Below are positions 10,642 to 24,468 of a DNA stretch of 64,000 nucleotides, piece by piece. Each line of letters opens with the position of its first letter. Position 1 is the stretch's first letter. Under the pieces are notes generated by a model. It worked only from the letters and a program-made list of their open reading frames with translations, was not told the DNA's origin and did not search any database. The position numbers were made by a program, and so were the translations under genes. Origin of the DNA: Nemertoderma westbladi. Lineage: Eukaryota > Animalia > Xenacoelomorpha. The DNA lies in NCBI GenBank assembly GCA_032718475.1, contig JAUCBJ010000539.1, positions 31,742 through 95,741 on the forward strand, given 5' to 3'.

Positions 10642-11943
10642 TTATGACCTTTCTGAGTGGATGGGACACATAAATAGTGGTTGCCCACTCTCATCAGCTA
10701 GCTTCACCAGACAATCCATCAACACCATCATGTTTGCATACCAGGGCGCGTTCCATGACTGACGGTCCAACATTCGCATGACCTGACCCCTTGTTGCATG
10801 GCAACACCTAGCCGGCGACAGACCACAACGGTTGATAACCTCTATTATAAACCTGGCGTGATGCAATTGGTCGAATCCAACCAGCTTTAACTTCTTCATC
10901 AACCGATCGTATCTCAATTGGAGATGGTCTCGAAGTTCCTCTTTCTCAAACTGGTCCGCTGGGCCAAAAAGCGTTGTTTCCACGGTTATAAACAATGGGA
11001 TTGTTAACGTTGTGTAACCATAGTAACGCCTAGTCACCAGCGGTCTGCCGAAGACCCTCTTTAAGATCCGTTGGTCTAACTGGTAGGCTAATTCCCCCAT
11101 CAACCTGAGATCTCTATCCGACGTGTTTGAACGGTTGCACGGCATTACGTTTATCGTTGACTTCCTAATTATTCGAGTTCTAGCAACCGGACGATTTTCT
11201 CGTCTACGGTTGAATCCACTCGACGTAGGAATGTTATTGGCTGTGATTCCAAGACCAGATGTTAGATCATTCGATGTTACGTCAGCTGGGTACATAGTAG
11301 GCACATTGACTTGTTGCGACCGTTCTCTCGTTTCATTGCGGATTTCGTCTTCAATGTCCAAGCGATTTAACCGTGAAGACAGTTCATTCTGTAATCTATT
11401 ATTATCATCGTATTGAGGGATTTCTGTGGTCTCAACCCATTCCTCCCTCTTCGGTGTTGGACATCCCGAACTGTACGTTACTCTGTGGATTCTCTTTCTC
11501 GATGGCGCCGAGCTCCCTTCACTTCCGCTCCAGTCCTCGAAAAAGGCGCCCGAATTTTCTTCTATTTGAGTCTCAAACACTTCGTCCGTGAGATCGAACT
11601 CTTGGCGCAGTGGTGGTGGTTTCCTGGCCCCTGTCCACCCGGGGGTTGATGTGTTCCTCGGAACTACGGTTGGTATTCGCGACCTGTTGAATGGAACTGA
11701 TTCATCGAGATTTTCTCTAGGATTTTCTCGACTAGCGTTGGTGTCGAACAACGTTTTCTTTGTTTTATCTAAGGTTTCCTGATGACGTCTTGTCTTGTGT
11801 TCCTCAGCCAGATCTCCGATTTTTTTAATCCAATCGGTGATGGATCTCTGGATTGTATCCGCTGACCGGATGCTCTCTTCCAGCCTCAATGTCATCTCCG
11901 ACTTAGCATCTGTCGTGTATCGGCCAGGACTACTGCGATCCAT
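10642..11943 (-). CDS. Speriolin-like (SPATC1/SPATC1L family) protein, intronless, ~433 aa
   Basis: The C-terminus matches the Speriolin_C pattern: LMGELAYQLDQRILKRVF...RYYGYT...RYDRLMKKLKLVGF...LMDCLVKLADESGQPLF. First ATG at 11943; the N-terminal region is low-complexity. Confidence 0.85.
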   Translation of the reverse strand: MDRSSPGRYTTDAKSEMTLRLEESIRSADTIQRSITDWIKKIGDLAEEHKTRRHQETLDKTKKTLFDTNASRENPRENLDESVPFNRSRIPTVVPRNTSTPGWTGARKPPPLRQEFDLTDEVFETQIEENSGAFFEDWSGSEGSSAPSRKRIHRVTYSSGCPTPKREEWVETTEIPQYDDNNRLQNELSSRLNRLDIEDEIRNETRERSQQVNVPTMYPADVTSNDLTSGLGITANNIPTSSGFNRRRENRPVARTRIIRKSTINVMPCNRSNTSDRDLRLMGELAYQLDQRILKRVFGRPLVTRRYYGYTTLTIPLFITVETTLFGPADQFEKEELRDHLQLRYDRLMKKLKLVGFDQLHHARFIIEVINRCGLSPARCCHATRGQVMRMLDRQSWNAPWYANMMVLMDCLVKLADESGQPLFMCPIHSERS

Positions 11944-12289
11944 AGCTATCGAAATTGTTGATACTTTTTTTCGGTTAAAAAGTGTTGAAGTGAAACAAAT
12001 CAACTGCGTATTTCTAACATCTATTTTTGCATAATTGTATAATTTAGCACTATGGCACTATACGTTTTGCTTAATTTAAGTAAGAGCATCTTAAGTGTTC
12101 GTGATATAAAAAGCAAATAATCTTGCCTGTTCCAGAAAAACCATCAACCATAAAGAAAAAATGAAAAGGCTACATAAATCATTACAACTAAAAAGTTACA
12201 TAAACGTACATAAATTTACAAAAAATATAATAATCGGTCTATGTAGAACGCTTTGTAGCCTGGGAAACAAATTAAACTAATATTAGATA

Positions 12290-12445
12290 GGCCCCCCTCA
12301 CACGAGGCAACTTGTTTCTGCAACTTGTTTCCGAAACTTGTTGCTGGCCCCCCTCTCACACAGAAACAAATTGCTGCAACTTGTTTCTGCAACTTGTTTC
12401 CGAAACTTGTTGCTGGCCCCCCTCACACACAGAAACTTGTTACTC
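12290..12445 (+). repeat. PIF/Harbinger-like MITE end with tandem CAACTTGTT(T/G)C subrepeats
   Basis: GGCCCCC(C)TCACAC occurs three times, each followed by repeated AACTTGTT units. Confidence 0.55.
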
Positions 12446-12827
12446 AAGAAAATAAATATTATTTCAAAATAAATAGCATTAGATGGAATTAGAAGCTATT
12501 TAAACCCAAGCATTATTGATATTGACTGAGCCCAATGGAAATATATATCTATATCAAAACGATGAGATTCTATATAAATAATGATACTGTGTTTAGCCAC
12601 TAACATCTTTAAATGCACAAAATTAGTAGACAAAAATAATGAAAAATTAATTATTAAATTACATACTGGATTGGAGATTGTATTAATTAGACGCCGATGA
12701 TTGTTCAGACTTTACTTTTATAAAGAAGTAACTATACATACTATGGAAACCTTTATTTATTGCTTTTAACATGCGAAATCTTAATTCAAATCTAATATCG
12801 CTGATACGTTTTTTAAATATATGCTGG

Positions 12828-13500
12828 GCTCTAACTGTTGAGGGTACCAAATCTCTGGATGGCACTTATACAAGAACGATTGATACACAGGGTTCATTGA
12901 GTCAAGCAGGCCTACAATGAACACATCTCTAATCAAACACTATGCAACATTGGAGTGTCCCATTAGTTCCCCCACTTGACACTTGGACGGAGCCACCTCC
13001 GCTTTGCAGGATATTGCATTCGGAGCGAGGACCATCATGTGCAGAGATTTGTGTTTTGGCGACCTCATGGAGTGAATAAGAATGGTGTGGACATTCCGTG
13101 ACTTTCTTGATACGCCTTTAAAAGGAAACTGGATTTGAAGATGCAGGTGCTCTAACAAACGTCATTGGTGATAGGGAGTTGTGCCGCAATGCAGCACCAT
13201 GATAGTAGTAGATGGGACCATGAATGGAAGCTGGTGATATTGTTCAGAGAGTAATATACTCTCTTTAAAAATAAAATTAAAAAAAATGGGCGAGCCACGA
13301 AGTGAGCGAGCTAAGCCAAAAAAAAGGCAAAGACCCCACAAACGTGTTACTGAGAACATTATATACCTTATTTTATATAGAAATAACGGTAGATGCTATG
13401 GAAACCTTAAATGTTTATTGCTTTTATCATGCGATATCGTAATTATATAGCAAATCTAATAACTTTAATATGTTTCATAAATATAACGTATTATTCATTA
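12828..13500 (+). repeat. ~660-bp composite repeat, copy 1 (decayed RTE 3' fragment + AT-rich segment)
   Basis: Colinear with 16245-16890. The first ~300 bp resemble the RTE 3' coding region at 33560-33940 (opposite strand). Confidence 0.8.
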
Positions 13501-13815
13501 TGTACAAAAAACTAATTAAATGAGACAAAAACGCAGAAAAAAGTTGATTATTATTTTATAGATTATTATAACTGAGTATTACACAGTTCTTCAGTCACCG
13601 GTGGTTACAGTACAGCTAGATGGTTACAGATATGCCGCTCGAATTCAACCTCACCATAATACCGGTTTTGGGTATAATCGCTACGCCGACAACCGACAAC
13701 CAACGCCGACAACCATTATTAAAGCTAATTAATGTTAATTATTAATTGTGGGAAAGGAACAGGTTACAGTGTAAGGTTATTCTAACCAAAACAATAAACG
13801 AGAGTTACGAACTCA

Positions 13816-13912
13816 GGGGTATACAGACGTTTCGGCCTAGGACGTTTCGATCCAGGACGTTTCGGCCCGGACATTTCGGCCCGGACGATTCGGCCCGGAC
13901 GTTTCGGCCCGT
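13816..13912 (+). repeat. 14-15-bp tandem repeat GGACGTTTCGGCCC (end of a foldback/MULE-type element)
   Basis: About 6 tandem units are visible. The family assignment is inference. Confidence 0.7.
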
Positions 13913-14432
13913 GACTGTAACCGAATGAAAAGGCCAACTTGTTTGATATGATAATAATAATTCATTAAAAGTATAATTATTTCACAATAACATACAAACA
14001 CTTAATGAAATATCTTTCATGAAATGGCTATTTAATTTATTTCAATCAAAATAAAATAAACATTATGCATGTGGTGCTCTGCCCCATTATGTTTTGCGGC
14101 CGAAAAAATGCAAGTCAGAACAAAACGTTTGGTACCGAGTACCACATTGCTAATAAACTAACTAAAGCGAATCAATTTCATGAACCATTTAGGGCTTAAA
14201 TCTCGTCTGATCGATATATTTTGGAGATACTTCATTAATTTTAAACATTACTCAATTGATAATTCTTGTAGCTGGACAGTGTGTTGCAGCTATGTCTTAA
14301 TGATCTGTTGAAACAATAACTCTATAAATAACATTCACCTATGGTGGCTGATGGATTAATGGTACTGTACATCTTTACTTTGACTTATAAAAAAGAGTTG
14401 TATCTCATTTGATTCATAGGATATTGTAAATA

Positions 14433-15840
14433 TAGTGCCCGTTACGGACTCACATGCAAATGGACAAAGAAAAATTACCCATTTGTATTTTGACAAATTC
14501 TCTTGAAATGTTTAACGCCATACGTAATAACTTTCACAATGCGAGGTAGATACATCAAATTTTGTAAATTTGTAAGTTAATAGCAGAAACATATGGTGGT
14601 AAACCTCATTTATAGAGAAATTGTTCATTACGGACTCACAGAAAAAAATGTTACGGACTCACACTTGAAATCGTTATGCACTCGTTATATATTTTAGAAA
14701 AAAGAGCAACGACCAATGAATGTTTATGGTATTTATTCAATAAATAATATATTTATTGCTTATATACCTTTCGCTTTCACAATGTACCTTAAGTATCACT
14801 ATTAGATATATCTTTAGTAGTGTTCATAATTTGAGTAGGCATATTTGGTGTGTGTATAGTAGTGTATATTTAATATCCTATAAGTTCATATGACCATAAT
14901 TTGTTAAAATGACCCATTTCTAATTCTTTAACAACATAAATACCACGTTCACGGAAAATTTTTTATACTGGAAAATAAATTTTGAACAGTATTTCATTGT
15001 ATTTAAGTTTTACGATCACTACTATCACAGTACTTAAGTTATTCCACCTTGGCGTAGTTGGTTAAATCGGTGGCATTTAAATCACATTTCTCCTTGGTCG
15101 TGGGTTCGATCCCATCATGAGGGCTAGGGTAGTTTTCGTTTCGGCACGAATACTTTAAAGACCATAAAGGGACTTATTAGCCAGGGCGCATCTCTTAGTT
15201 CTGTAAATGGTAGCTAAATGAGAACTGGAGTTTCCTCTGGGGAATATAGGAGGGGACCGCACTGGAAATAATTATTGAGACTTTGTACGTAATCCCTGGC
15301 CTAACGGACGATATGTTTTGTATCTCTATCCATCATTCGCTCACTCGTTTCATGAAATCTTGGCGAACTTCGAGTGTATCATACTATACCATCTTGGTCA
15401 GTAACTTCTGTCATCCGTGATATATGCCGTTTGGCCCTTTCGGCCCAGAAATGTGAGTATTAGACGTAAGAGACAGGATTAAACGGGCGCAATGAGGAAT
15501 GTCGTACATTAGGATGATGTATGAATGAATACGTTCGAATGTACTGTCGATGGACAATTGTCAGACTAAAAGGAGCTGAATACTTTCAGTTTACATAGTG
15601 AATAATGTATACAAAGCAGAATGATTCTTACCTAACCTACCGCCTGGTGAGTCCGTAACGGAAAATTTGTGAGTCCGTAACGCTATTCTTAAACAGTTCA
15701 GCTGCAATACAGACCATAGAGACCTAATGGATGGTTTTGATTGGTTGTAAACCCAAAGGAAAATGATTGTCAGTGCAATACACATGCGGGGTGTACTCCA
15801 AATTAAAACTTTAAGTACTTTTCGTTACGGACTCACATAA
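14433..15840. mobile_element. Probable non-autonomous DNA transposon remnant with repeated GTTACGGACTCAC motifs
   Basis: Motif at ~14441, 14628, 14650 and 15824, and inverted at ~15647 and 15669. Boundaries are uncertain. Confidence 0.5.
15046..15312 (+). mobile_element. tRNA-derived SINE family B, copy 1
   Basis: A-box TGGCGTAGTTGG and B-box GGTTCGATCCC. The body is shared with 25475-25725 and 57445-57652. Confidence 0.8.
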
Positions 15841-16244
15841 TTCTGTAGGCCAAATCTAAAATTTTTGAAACATTGAATACACAATGCTATTCTGTCAATA
15901 TTCAAATTTTTATCATCAATAAGCTTCTAATAAATGTTGAATTTTCGGTTGGTGTAATTACCTGTCTTAATCAGACAATTTCAATGGTAGTAAGATTATG
16001 TCAAAAATGACATGTAATAATTTCTGCAAATTTGAAAATACGTAAAAAAAATTTCTCATATTCAATAATGTAAAACCAGTTGTTACCCTCAAAAAAATTA
16101 AGAATCCGTCACTTTTATTAAAAATTTAATTCTTTCTTGTCATTTTGATACCAAAATTATGCTGATTAGATGACTTTTTATGTTCGACATAAGTGTTACA
16201 TCAATGGTGGAATTGCCCTTCTCCTATATGTGAGTTAAAGGGGG

Positions 16245-16890
16245 CTCTAACTGCTGAGGGTACCAAATCTCGGGATGGCACTTATATGCAATACTACGCA
16301 GGGTTTATTTTGTCAAGTACAATGAACACATCTCCAATCAAACACTATACAACATTGCTGTCTCATTACTCCCCCTACTTGACACTTGAACGGACCCGCC
16401 TCCGCTTTGCAAGACATTGCATTGCATTCGCAGTGATGATCATCCAGTGCAAAGACTTGTGTTTTGGCGACATCATGGAGTGAATAAGCATGGTGTGGAC
16501 ATTCCGTGACTTTCTTAGACGCCATTTAAAGGACACTGGATTTGAACTGTCACGGGTGATAAGTAGTTGTGTCGCAATGCAGCATGCTGACAGTAGTAGA
16601 TGGGGCCATGAATGGAAGCTGATGATATTGTTCAGAGAGTAATATACTCTCTTTAATAAATAAAATTAAAAAAGTGGGCGAGACACGAAGTGAGCGAGCC
16701 AAGCCAAAAAAAAAGGCAAAGACCCCACAAACGTGTTACTGAGAGTGTAATATACCATTATTTTATATTGAACTAACGGTACATTCTATGGAAACCTTAA
16801 TATTTTATTGCTTTTATCATGCGATATCGTAATTATATAGCAAATCTAATAACTTTAATATGTTTTATAAATATAACGTATTATTCATTA
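16245..16890 (+). repeat. ~660-bp composite repeat, copy 2
   Basis: Colinear with 12828-13500. Confidence 0.8.
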
Positions 16891-17071
16891 CGCTTTATTA
16901 TTTATGTATTACCTTTTTATTATTTATGAATTACGCTTTATTATTTATGTATTACGCTGTTCTTTAGTTAGTGCAGCTGGATGGTTACTATAATTCACGT
17001 GTTCGGTATCTATGCACCACATAAGTCTGTAAGTGCTAACGCGGGATTTCCTTGGTAAAGTGACACCATAC

Positions 17072-20000
17072 CAGTGATTTCTGAAAGTACCAATGTGCTA
17101 ACTCAGTAACAGACTTTAGCAACATTTAGCAACACCAATTCTGCACCACCCGCAAGAGGGCTCAAGTGTTCTAAAGTGCTAACTTACTAAAAACACCAAT
17201 AACAATAGTAATATTAGCAAAGTTAGGAGTTTGAAGTGATGGTATCTGTAAATCTTGGAAGATAATGATTAGGTGTTTTTGTGTTGAATATTTCAAGACA
17301 CCACACATCATAAAGTGCTAACTCATTATTCTTCTTTGGAATGTGAAAGGATATTGAATATATTATAATATTAATTATGTAATCATTTGTTTCCAACATA
17401 TCAATATTTATTTAGTTTCAACAACGTCAATAGAATCAAAATATTTATATTAAAATTTATGTAACATTACAGAACATAGTTTTTCTAATGTTTCTTATAG
17501 TGTTATTGATTGTTTGAAAATCAAGATGTTCAGAATAAATTTAAATTACATTATTTGAACGTTACAAATTGGTTGGTAACATTATTTCAACGTTTCAAAA
17601 TAATTATAAACTGAATTGGGGGGTGGGGGGGTGTACACACCAAATTTTATACTACCAAGTTTTTGCTAATTTCATTTGTGAAAATGTTCTCAAACATATA
17701 AAATATGTTCAATTAAAATATTTTATAACGTTCTATATTTTTCATTTTCAAAATAAAACAGAGAATCCTAAAAAAATGTTCTCCTTTTTAAACAATAGAA
17801 CAAACATTTCTGCATTTCCAATCGCTGATTTCTCAGGCTACCAAAGGGGGTCAGAACCTTAATGCGCATATAAGACAATGAATGCTTGTATTTATGGATG
17901 TACAGTATGTTACCACTATATGATTTCTGCTGACTGGAATTATTTATTTCTGAAACACATTGTCATCTATATTGTGATCTATGGTTGATTAAAAAGCAAT
18001 AAACACAATAAACTCAATAAATAGAATGCTGTGCCGGCTTGACGACAAAATTGAGCCACCACAACTCCCTATCACCCATGACATTTGCTAGATCATCCGA
18101 ATCTTCAAGGCCAGTGTCCTTTAAGATGCGTATCAAGAAAGTCATGGGCTGTCCCGCATGCTTATTCACTGCATGAGGCTACCAAAGAACAAGATTATGC
18201 ACTGACTGGTCCACACGGCGAAAGCAATGTCCTGCAAAGCGGAGGCGGGTTTGTTCTAGTGTCAAGCCTGGGGGAACCAATGAGACACCTCCAATGTTAT
18301 ATAGTGTCTGGTTGGAGATGTGTGGATTGTACTTGACACAGTGAACCCGGCGTAGCATTCTTGTGAATGTGCCATCCAGAGATTTGGTATCCTCTGCAGT
18401 TAGAGCCCAGCATGGACTCCCATAGAGGAGTACTGGAACTACTGCTGCTCTAAATAATCGTACCTTAAGATTCCGATTAATTCTATGTGATTTCCAAATC
18501 CTGGAAAGCCTATTCAAGGCTGCCCATGCCTTTCTCTTGCGTATTCGAAGGTCTCGCCTGACCTCCGGATCCATGAACCCTGGTGACAGAAATCGTCCAC
18601 ATGCTCAAGCATACCATCCTTTGAGCTTATGCTCATTCGGGCAGACCCTTGCTGATGACTTTCATAGTTAACTGTCAAAATTTTGGTCATTTTTGGAGTT
18701 AATAAAAAGACCAACACTAGAAGCAGCATGTTCTAATGTGCTGAGTGAGCCGTTGGGCTCCCTCTAATGATTCTGAGAGTACTCCTAAGTCATCAGCAAA
18801 GTCTAGATCCGTTAGGTACTTGGCAGGATTTCCTCGACTTCTGGAGCCAGTAGGTGGAGTTACCATCACCCCATCACCATTATGATGATCTAGTGACATG
18901 CTTATAGTCAACCATAATTATGAACAAGAATGGCGCAAGTGTGTCTCCCTGGAGGACGCCCCATAACACTTAAAGTGGTTCTGTGTCACCGTCAGCAGTA
19001 GACACAAATGTTGTCGAACCATCGTATACTGATCTGATTGCTGCAATAATTTCATCAGGAATCCCATATAATGAAAGTATGCTGAACATACGTGAGCGAA
19101 AGACTGAATAAAAGGCCTTGAATAAGTCAACAAAGATAACAGCCAGATGCCTGTCTTTCTTTTTTGATCAATCTCTTCAATTATCCTTCTAAGTACCAAA
19201 ATGGGCTCCATGATCTCACGACCTTTGCGGAACCCATTCTGATTTCCAAGGAGCAGTCTCTCAATGGGATCCAGAGGGATCAATGGGATCTAGATAAGCT
19301 TTAAACACTCAGGTATTTTAAAGACCTCAGGGGGACACCATCTACTCCACTACTGGCACGATTGGTCTTAATGCTCTTTGCAGCAGCCTTCACTTCTGCA
19401 AAGGGGATATCGCCAATGGGAACATCTGGGAGTACAGACTCAGAATACTTTTACTTCTGTAAAGTTATCAGGCGATACCCTGTCATTGAATTAAATACAC
19501 TGCATTCCGGGACATGGCTTATTGGTTTTATGTATGTATTTACAGAGGTTTAAAGTTTTGACCTCGAAAAGACCAAGAATAGCAGCGGTGTGCAATAATG
19601 GGTAAGAAATTGGTGACACATTTTCAAAATACTTGTAGCAATTTACGTTATAGCAGTATATGTAAAAAATAAAATTTGAGATTGCACGAAATTTGACATA
19701 CAGAATGACCTCTCTATTTTCTGGAAAAGGAAACTTATTGCAAGGATTAAGGATTTAGAATAATATATAATTATGAGAATAAATTAATTAATGGTTGTGA
19801 TTATGTGCCATATTATTGAATGCTTTTAAGAAATCCATTAACTAGTTGCAAAGACATAGACGTGTAATATATGAATTGAATAGGCCTAATGTTAGCACTT
19901 TATGCTTTCTGTTGGCCGGTATTATTCATTTCAGAAACTCATAATCTCCTCTTGTGATCTCGGCTTGATTAATAATCAATTTATTTCAATTTTAGTTATA

Positions 20001-20385
20001 AAATGCTAACATCTGGTCTGGCTTGCTATGCAATAATTATACGACAAAATTAGCCTTAAAGAGCTAACATTTAGAATATGTCTTATGGAGAAACTCTATA
20101 GTGCTAACAGTTAGCACTTTACCTTTTTCAATAATTCTGAATCTGGTCGCTAGGGGGCAGTTGTTAAAATTTGTTGCTATTTGACGTTTTTAATTTGTGC
20201 TTGCAAAGGGGTCAAACTGCTAACACTTCGAAATGAGCCAATCGGAACCTGGAATTGTAGTCAACTTGTCTTAACAAATTTTTTTCAGGGAGTGTTAGCA
20301 CTTTAGGTTAGCACTTTAAAACAGTTAGCACTTTACCATTGCAGGACTGCTGTTTGTTAGCACTTTAGTACTTCTAAAAACAGTG
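17072..20385. mobile_element. Old TIR DNA transposon remnant with subterminal AAAGTGCTAAC repeats, interrupted by an RTE LINE
   Basis: AAGTGCTAAC clusters at 17030-17320 and its reverse GTTAGCACTTT at 19890-20365. Imperfect ~30-bp TIRs; no TSD found. Confidence 0.55.
18022..19455 (-). mobile_element. RTE-clade LINE, 5'-truncated and frameshifted
   Basis: QNGFRKGR, LDFADDL and VPVLLYGS motifs are split over several frames. Same family as 33514-34800. Confidence 0.9.
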
Positions 20386-20864
20386 AGAGGCTAAGCAAGG
20401 CGTGTATAAAAAACCCACAAGGGGAATAAAATATAAGCCCCCTAACTAAATACTAAGTCGAGCTTATCTTGTCTACTGAAGCTTAAGCTTCCTTTAATGA
20501 GTCTATATGGTGGAGGATTTGTGTTGATGTTGCAAGGCAGACTAGGTGGTTGGCGTCTTGGTACACCCCAATACATGTGAGCAAGTGGGCCGTTTGTCAA
20601 CAATTCCCCGTCACTTTAACTTAATCCAAATAAGCATGTAGACAGTTTGTCTTCTATCAATTCTTGGTTAATCAACTTACATTGAACCGAAAGTTTTACC
20701 ATATGTGTCAACATCTGGTAGGCTGGGTTATCTTTGTCAACTTTAATTAGGGTTACTTTCACATACTTTTATGACGTGACAACATCATCGGAAAATATTT
20801 TAGTAGAAAGCAACATGTTTGTTCTTAAATTAAATTGTTGGCCCATGTGAAGTATACCAGATTT

Positions 20865-21007
20865 ATGTTATAACTTTTTGTTGGGCACAGCTTTTGCAGA
20901 GTCGGCAATGACGTCCAGGTGGGATCGAACTATAGTGACCTCCGGGTTGGAAGTCTGACGCTCTAACCATTTAGCTAGCGGCTCAGGTAAAAGATGGACC
21001 TGGAAAC
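20865..21007 (-). repeat. tRNA-derived repeat (pseudo-tRNA), shared with 54045-54180
   Basis: The minus strand reads TAGCTAAATGGTTAGAGC...GTTCGATCCC. Acceptor and anticodon stems are imperfect, and the flanks are also shared between copies. Confidence 0.65.
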
Positions 21008-22059
21008 ACTATCTGATACCTTGTATATATATGATACCTCCTCACGGCCTCCCATCTGTCAATACCATCATATGCTGCCACTGTGCACAACTCTACCGTA
21101 CTTGGCCGTCGTTATATTTCACTTTCAGTTTACCCCATGTGAAGAATTCTAGGTTTTCACGAAAATCTCAGGTTACAATTAATCTTTGGAAGGGCTGAAA
21201 CTACAGTAATAAAAAAAAATTTCAACGAAGTAGATACGTAGAAATGTAAAAAAGTACAAATTATTTATACTGTATGCAGTATATATATAATTCCAATAAA
21301 ATATCACCTGGAATTATTCCCATGGGCTTAATTGTTATGCTAGAGGCCTACTTTTTCGCTCGAACATATCCCAAAATCGTTAGAAAATTGAGTAGGCCTA
21401 CTGTTTCCTAATGGAAAAAAGTAACCCATAGAATTGCATTGATTATACTTTTTTCCCGGCCAAAAAAAAAGTAAAATTAAACATTTTTTGTGGAATTTCT
21501 TAAATTCTATTACATCTGTTGAAAGATAATTGACGTAGAAAAGGTCTGCACGTAATTTGAGCAAAATTCTATAACACACTCAAAAGTTATTGCAACTTTA
21601 GTGTCTGAAAAACGACCTCCAAAACGGAACTCAATATCCAATATTGGTTTATGTAGTTAAGCGGCTCTCTAGTTACGTAATACATATTCGATAACAATAA
21701 AATTATTTAACCAGGGGTGTTTAGACCATTAGCAGCACTTGCGGGGGGTCGATTCGCCCCCCCCCCCCCCGCTGTATTTTTGTAAGCATCCAGTAAAATC
21801 CTACGAAATTTGGGCTGTAGGTGAAAAAATTATCGAAGAACATTTTCCAATAAAAAAAAATGAAAATTTCATAAGGTGGGTATAATAATTTTCATGAAAA
21901 ATAGAAGTAGTCCCAGGACAAAATATAAATTTTTTGATAATCTAAAATCTGATAGTGTGGCAGTGTTGGCTAGCATTAGTAGGTTTTTCACTACGCTGAA
22001 TCGAATGTGATTATATTCCATTTCCGAAAATTGAACTGGATGATATTTTTCGTGCACCT

Positions 22060-22555
22060 AAGAAGTGGGCGTGGCACTTCAAATTTTGAAAAATACGATA
22101 TTCGGAAAAAGCCCCCATCTTTTGATTTCAACGCGTATTTATAGGTTTTCTGGACCGCAGAATCGATTGAAAATATTACCGAAGCCTAAAGACTTAGTGG
22201 TTCGTCCTTTTTGGACCACCAAAATTAGGGTGTGGCACTTCAAATATTGAAAATTGCGAGATTCTGAATATAAACCAAAGTTGAGATTTCAACGCACATT
22301 TATAGGTTTTCTGGACCGCTGAATCAATTTAAAGTATTATAGAAGCTTGAAGACTTAGTGGTTCGGCATTTTTGGCATTCATGACGTACCACTAAGACTT
22401 AAAGCTTCAATATTTCTTTCAATCGGTTCAGCGGTCCAGATAACCTCTAAAAATGGGTTGAATTGAAACCCTTGTGGTATTTTCTGAATATCGTAATTAT
22501 GAAAATTTGAAGTAAGCGGCATTTTTGGCATTCATGACGTAATTCATGACGTAAA
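22060..22555. repeat. Internally repeated (direct and inverted) DNA-transposon-like sequence
   Basis: TATAGGTTTTCTGGACCGC..GAATC at ~22140 and ~22301, with an inverted copy at ~22420-22445. Confidence 0.55.
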
Positions 22556-24468
22556 ACTAAGAATTGAGTCTTCTAAATGAGTAAAGCAGTACCAGGAGTT
22601 GGCGAGTTGAATCGCAGTAACTATGGAAACAATATAGTAAAATACTACAATTCAATTTATTTTGTACCACGCCACTATATTTCGTACTTTTATAAATTTC
22701 AAATTCACCGTAACCTAATTTTTATTATTTCCGACCTTTTTGCTTTTCACCCTATTTTATTGGTTCCGCATACCTTCTTTAGGCAGCCCACATTAACGTT
22801 ACCTAGTACTCTACTTCTCAGAATGATTACTTACATACAGTAACCATTATATTACTTTTAGTTCTTAATAATTTGATTTTCAACTGAAATTAATTATTAA
22901 ATTAATGTTAAATTAAATTAAATTAAAATCAAATTAATGATATTAATAATGTACAATTTAAGTTAGTAAGTTGAATAAAATAAACTACTTTATATGCTAC
23001 GTGAATATCTTAATAAAGAAACTGTAAATTATTTATACTACACTGTACATAGTAGTCGTAAATGTGGGGTTCTTGTCTGGGTTATATAAATACAAATAAA
23101 AGAACAATCCTCCTACTTTATACGACTGTATGACATAAACCCGCCAGGTCGTAACGTAACACTTACATAAGCAGCACCTTCCTTAATTAAAATATGTCAT
23201 AATAGTGTTCCTACTTGAACAGTTTAGTAGGACGGCCAAACTTATTCAAAACTTATTATTATTAATCGTCTTTAAATTGCGACCACTTAATACCACCCGG
23301 CCAAAGTTCTTGACTGTCGTACAATAATAGCATAATCACTTGAGATTTTATAAAATGTTGATATTGGCTGTCAATTTATAATAAGTGAATTCCAGTTAAC
23401 AAACATTTTGGCATAACTCATCTACCCTAAAGCGCTCTGGCAGTTCTAATAATACCTCCCCATTCATTAAAAGGACCCCTATTCGTGGTTTTTTCAGATT
23501 CCCCCTTCAGCTATAATTAATTTTTTTCAACTTTAACGAACATTCCACTGGTTTTGGCTGATTTGAATAGTTATGTGAGGAGGCGCTTTAGGGCAAATCC
23601 GTTTTATACAATAAATATCACATAGGTGTTTATTGGAAGTATCAATAATGGACAGTTAGACCTCCTCGAGGTGAAATAATTACTGCGTCAAGGAGATCGG
23701 GAGACACATACTTATACAGGGTCTAATCAATAACAGTCAGCATTGAGTTAAGGGAAAATTCGTTATGATTGGGTGAATTTACGTCCAATCGTAATACATG
23801 TTCTATTACTGATATTAAGTCCATTTAGGCTCCTATTTCGCGCCGAGGTGAACTAAATTTGGAGTGATGTTCTTAATTCGATTACGGGGGTGGGTTGTTG
23901 GGGTGGGGGGTGGAGTGGGGGGGGGGGGGGGGGGGGTAGGTTTGGGGGCTATGTGAGACCGAAGTTCGTACGGAAAAGAAATACAGTAGAAAGATAAATG
24001 GGACTTATGATGTACAACATTCAATGTCCAATTGTCCAAGTAGATTGAAGTATACTGTACTTTGACACAAATCTCATCTCCGCGAGCTAATTTCTCGCCC
24101 CAATGTATCGATTATCGATTAATCGATTGACGATTATCATTATAATATCGATTAATAAGGGAAAGAAGCAGGTTACAGAAGCACATTATTCTAACCATAA
24201 CAATAAACGAAAGTCAATAGAACAGATAACCCTTTTATTTTTGCGAGTTATTAGCGTAGATTTTCCCCTTTAGAGTCGACCCCCCCCCCTATCTGAGTTT
24301 TGACTAGCATTACCTACTTACCTAAACTTAAATTAGAAAGGAATTCCTGAAGAATGGTAAATCGAAATGGTACAGTATACTTAACAGAGTGGCCGAACAG
24401 ATATATCTATCAGTGACCCGAATATTAATTACTCATCACTATCTATTTTGGTTATTATTATTTCTTAG

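Noticed and set aside
20905-20985. Functional tRNA genes (also 8953, 15050, 41570, 54090)
   Set aside because: A/B boxes are present but acceptor and anticodon stems do not pair properly, and they lie within repeated SINE-like bodies.
23626-23870. Upstream exons of the orphan gene
   Set aside because: Acceptor-like sites exist, but in-frame stops prevent a consistent model.
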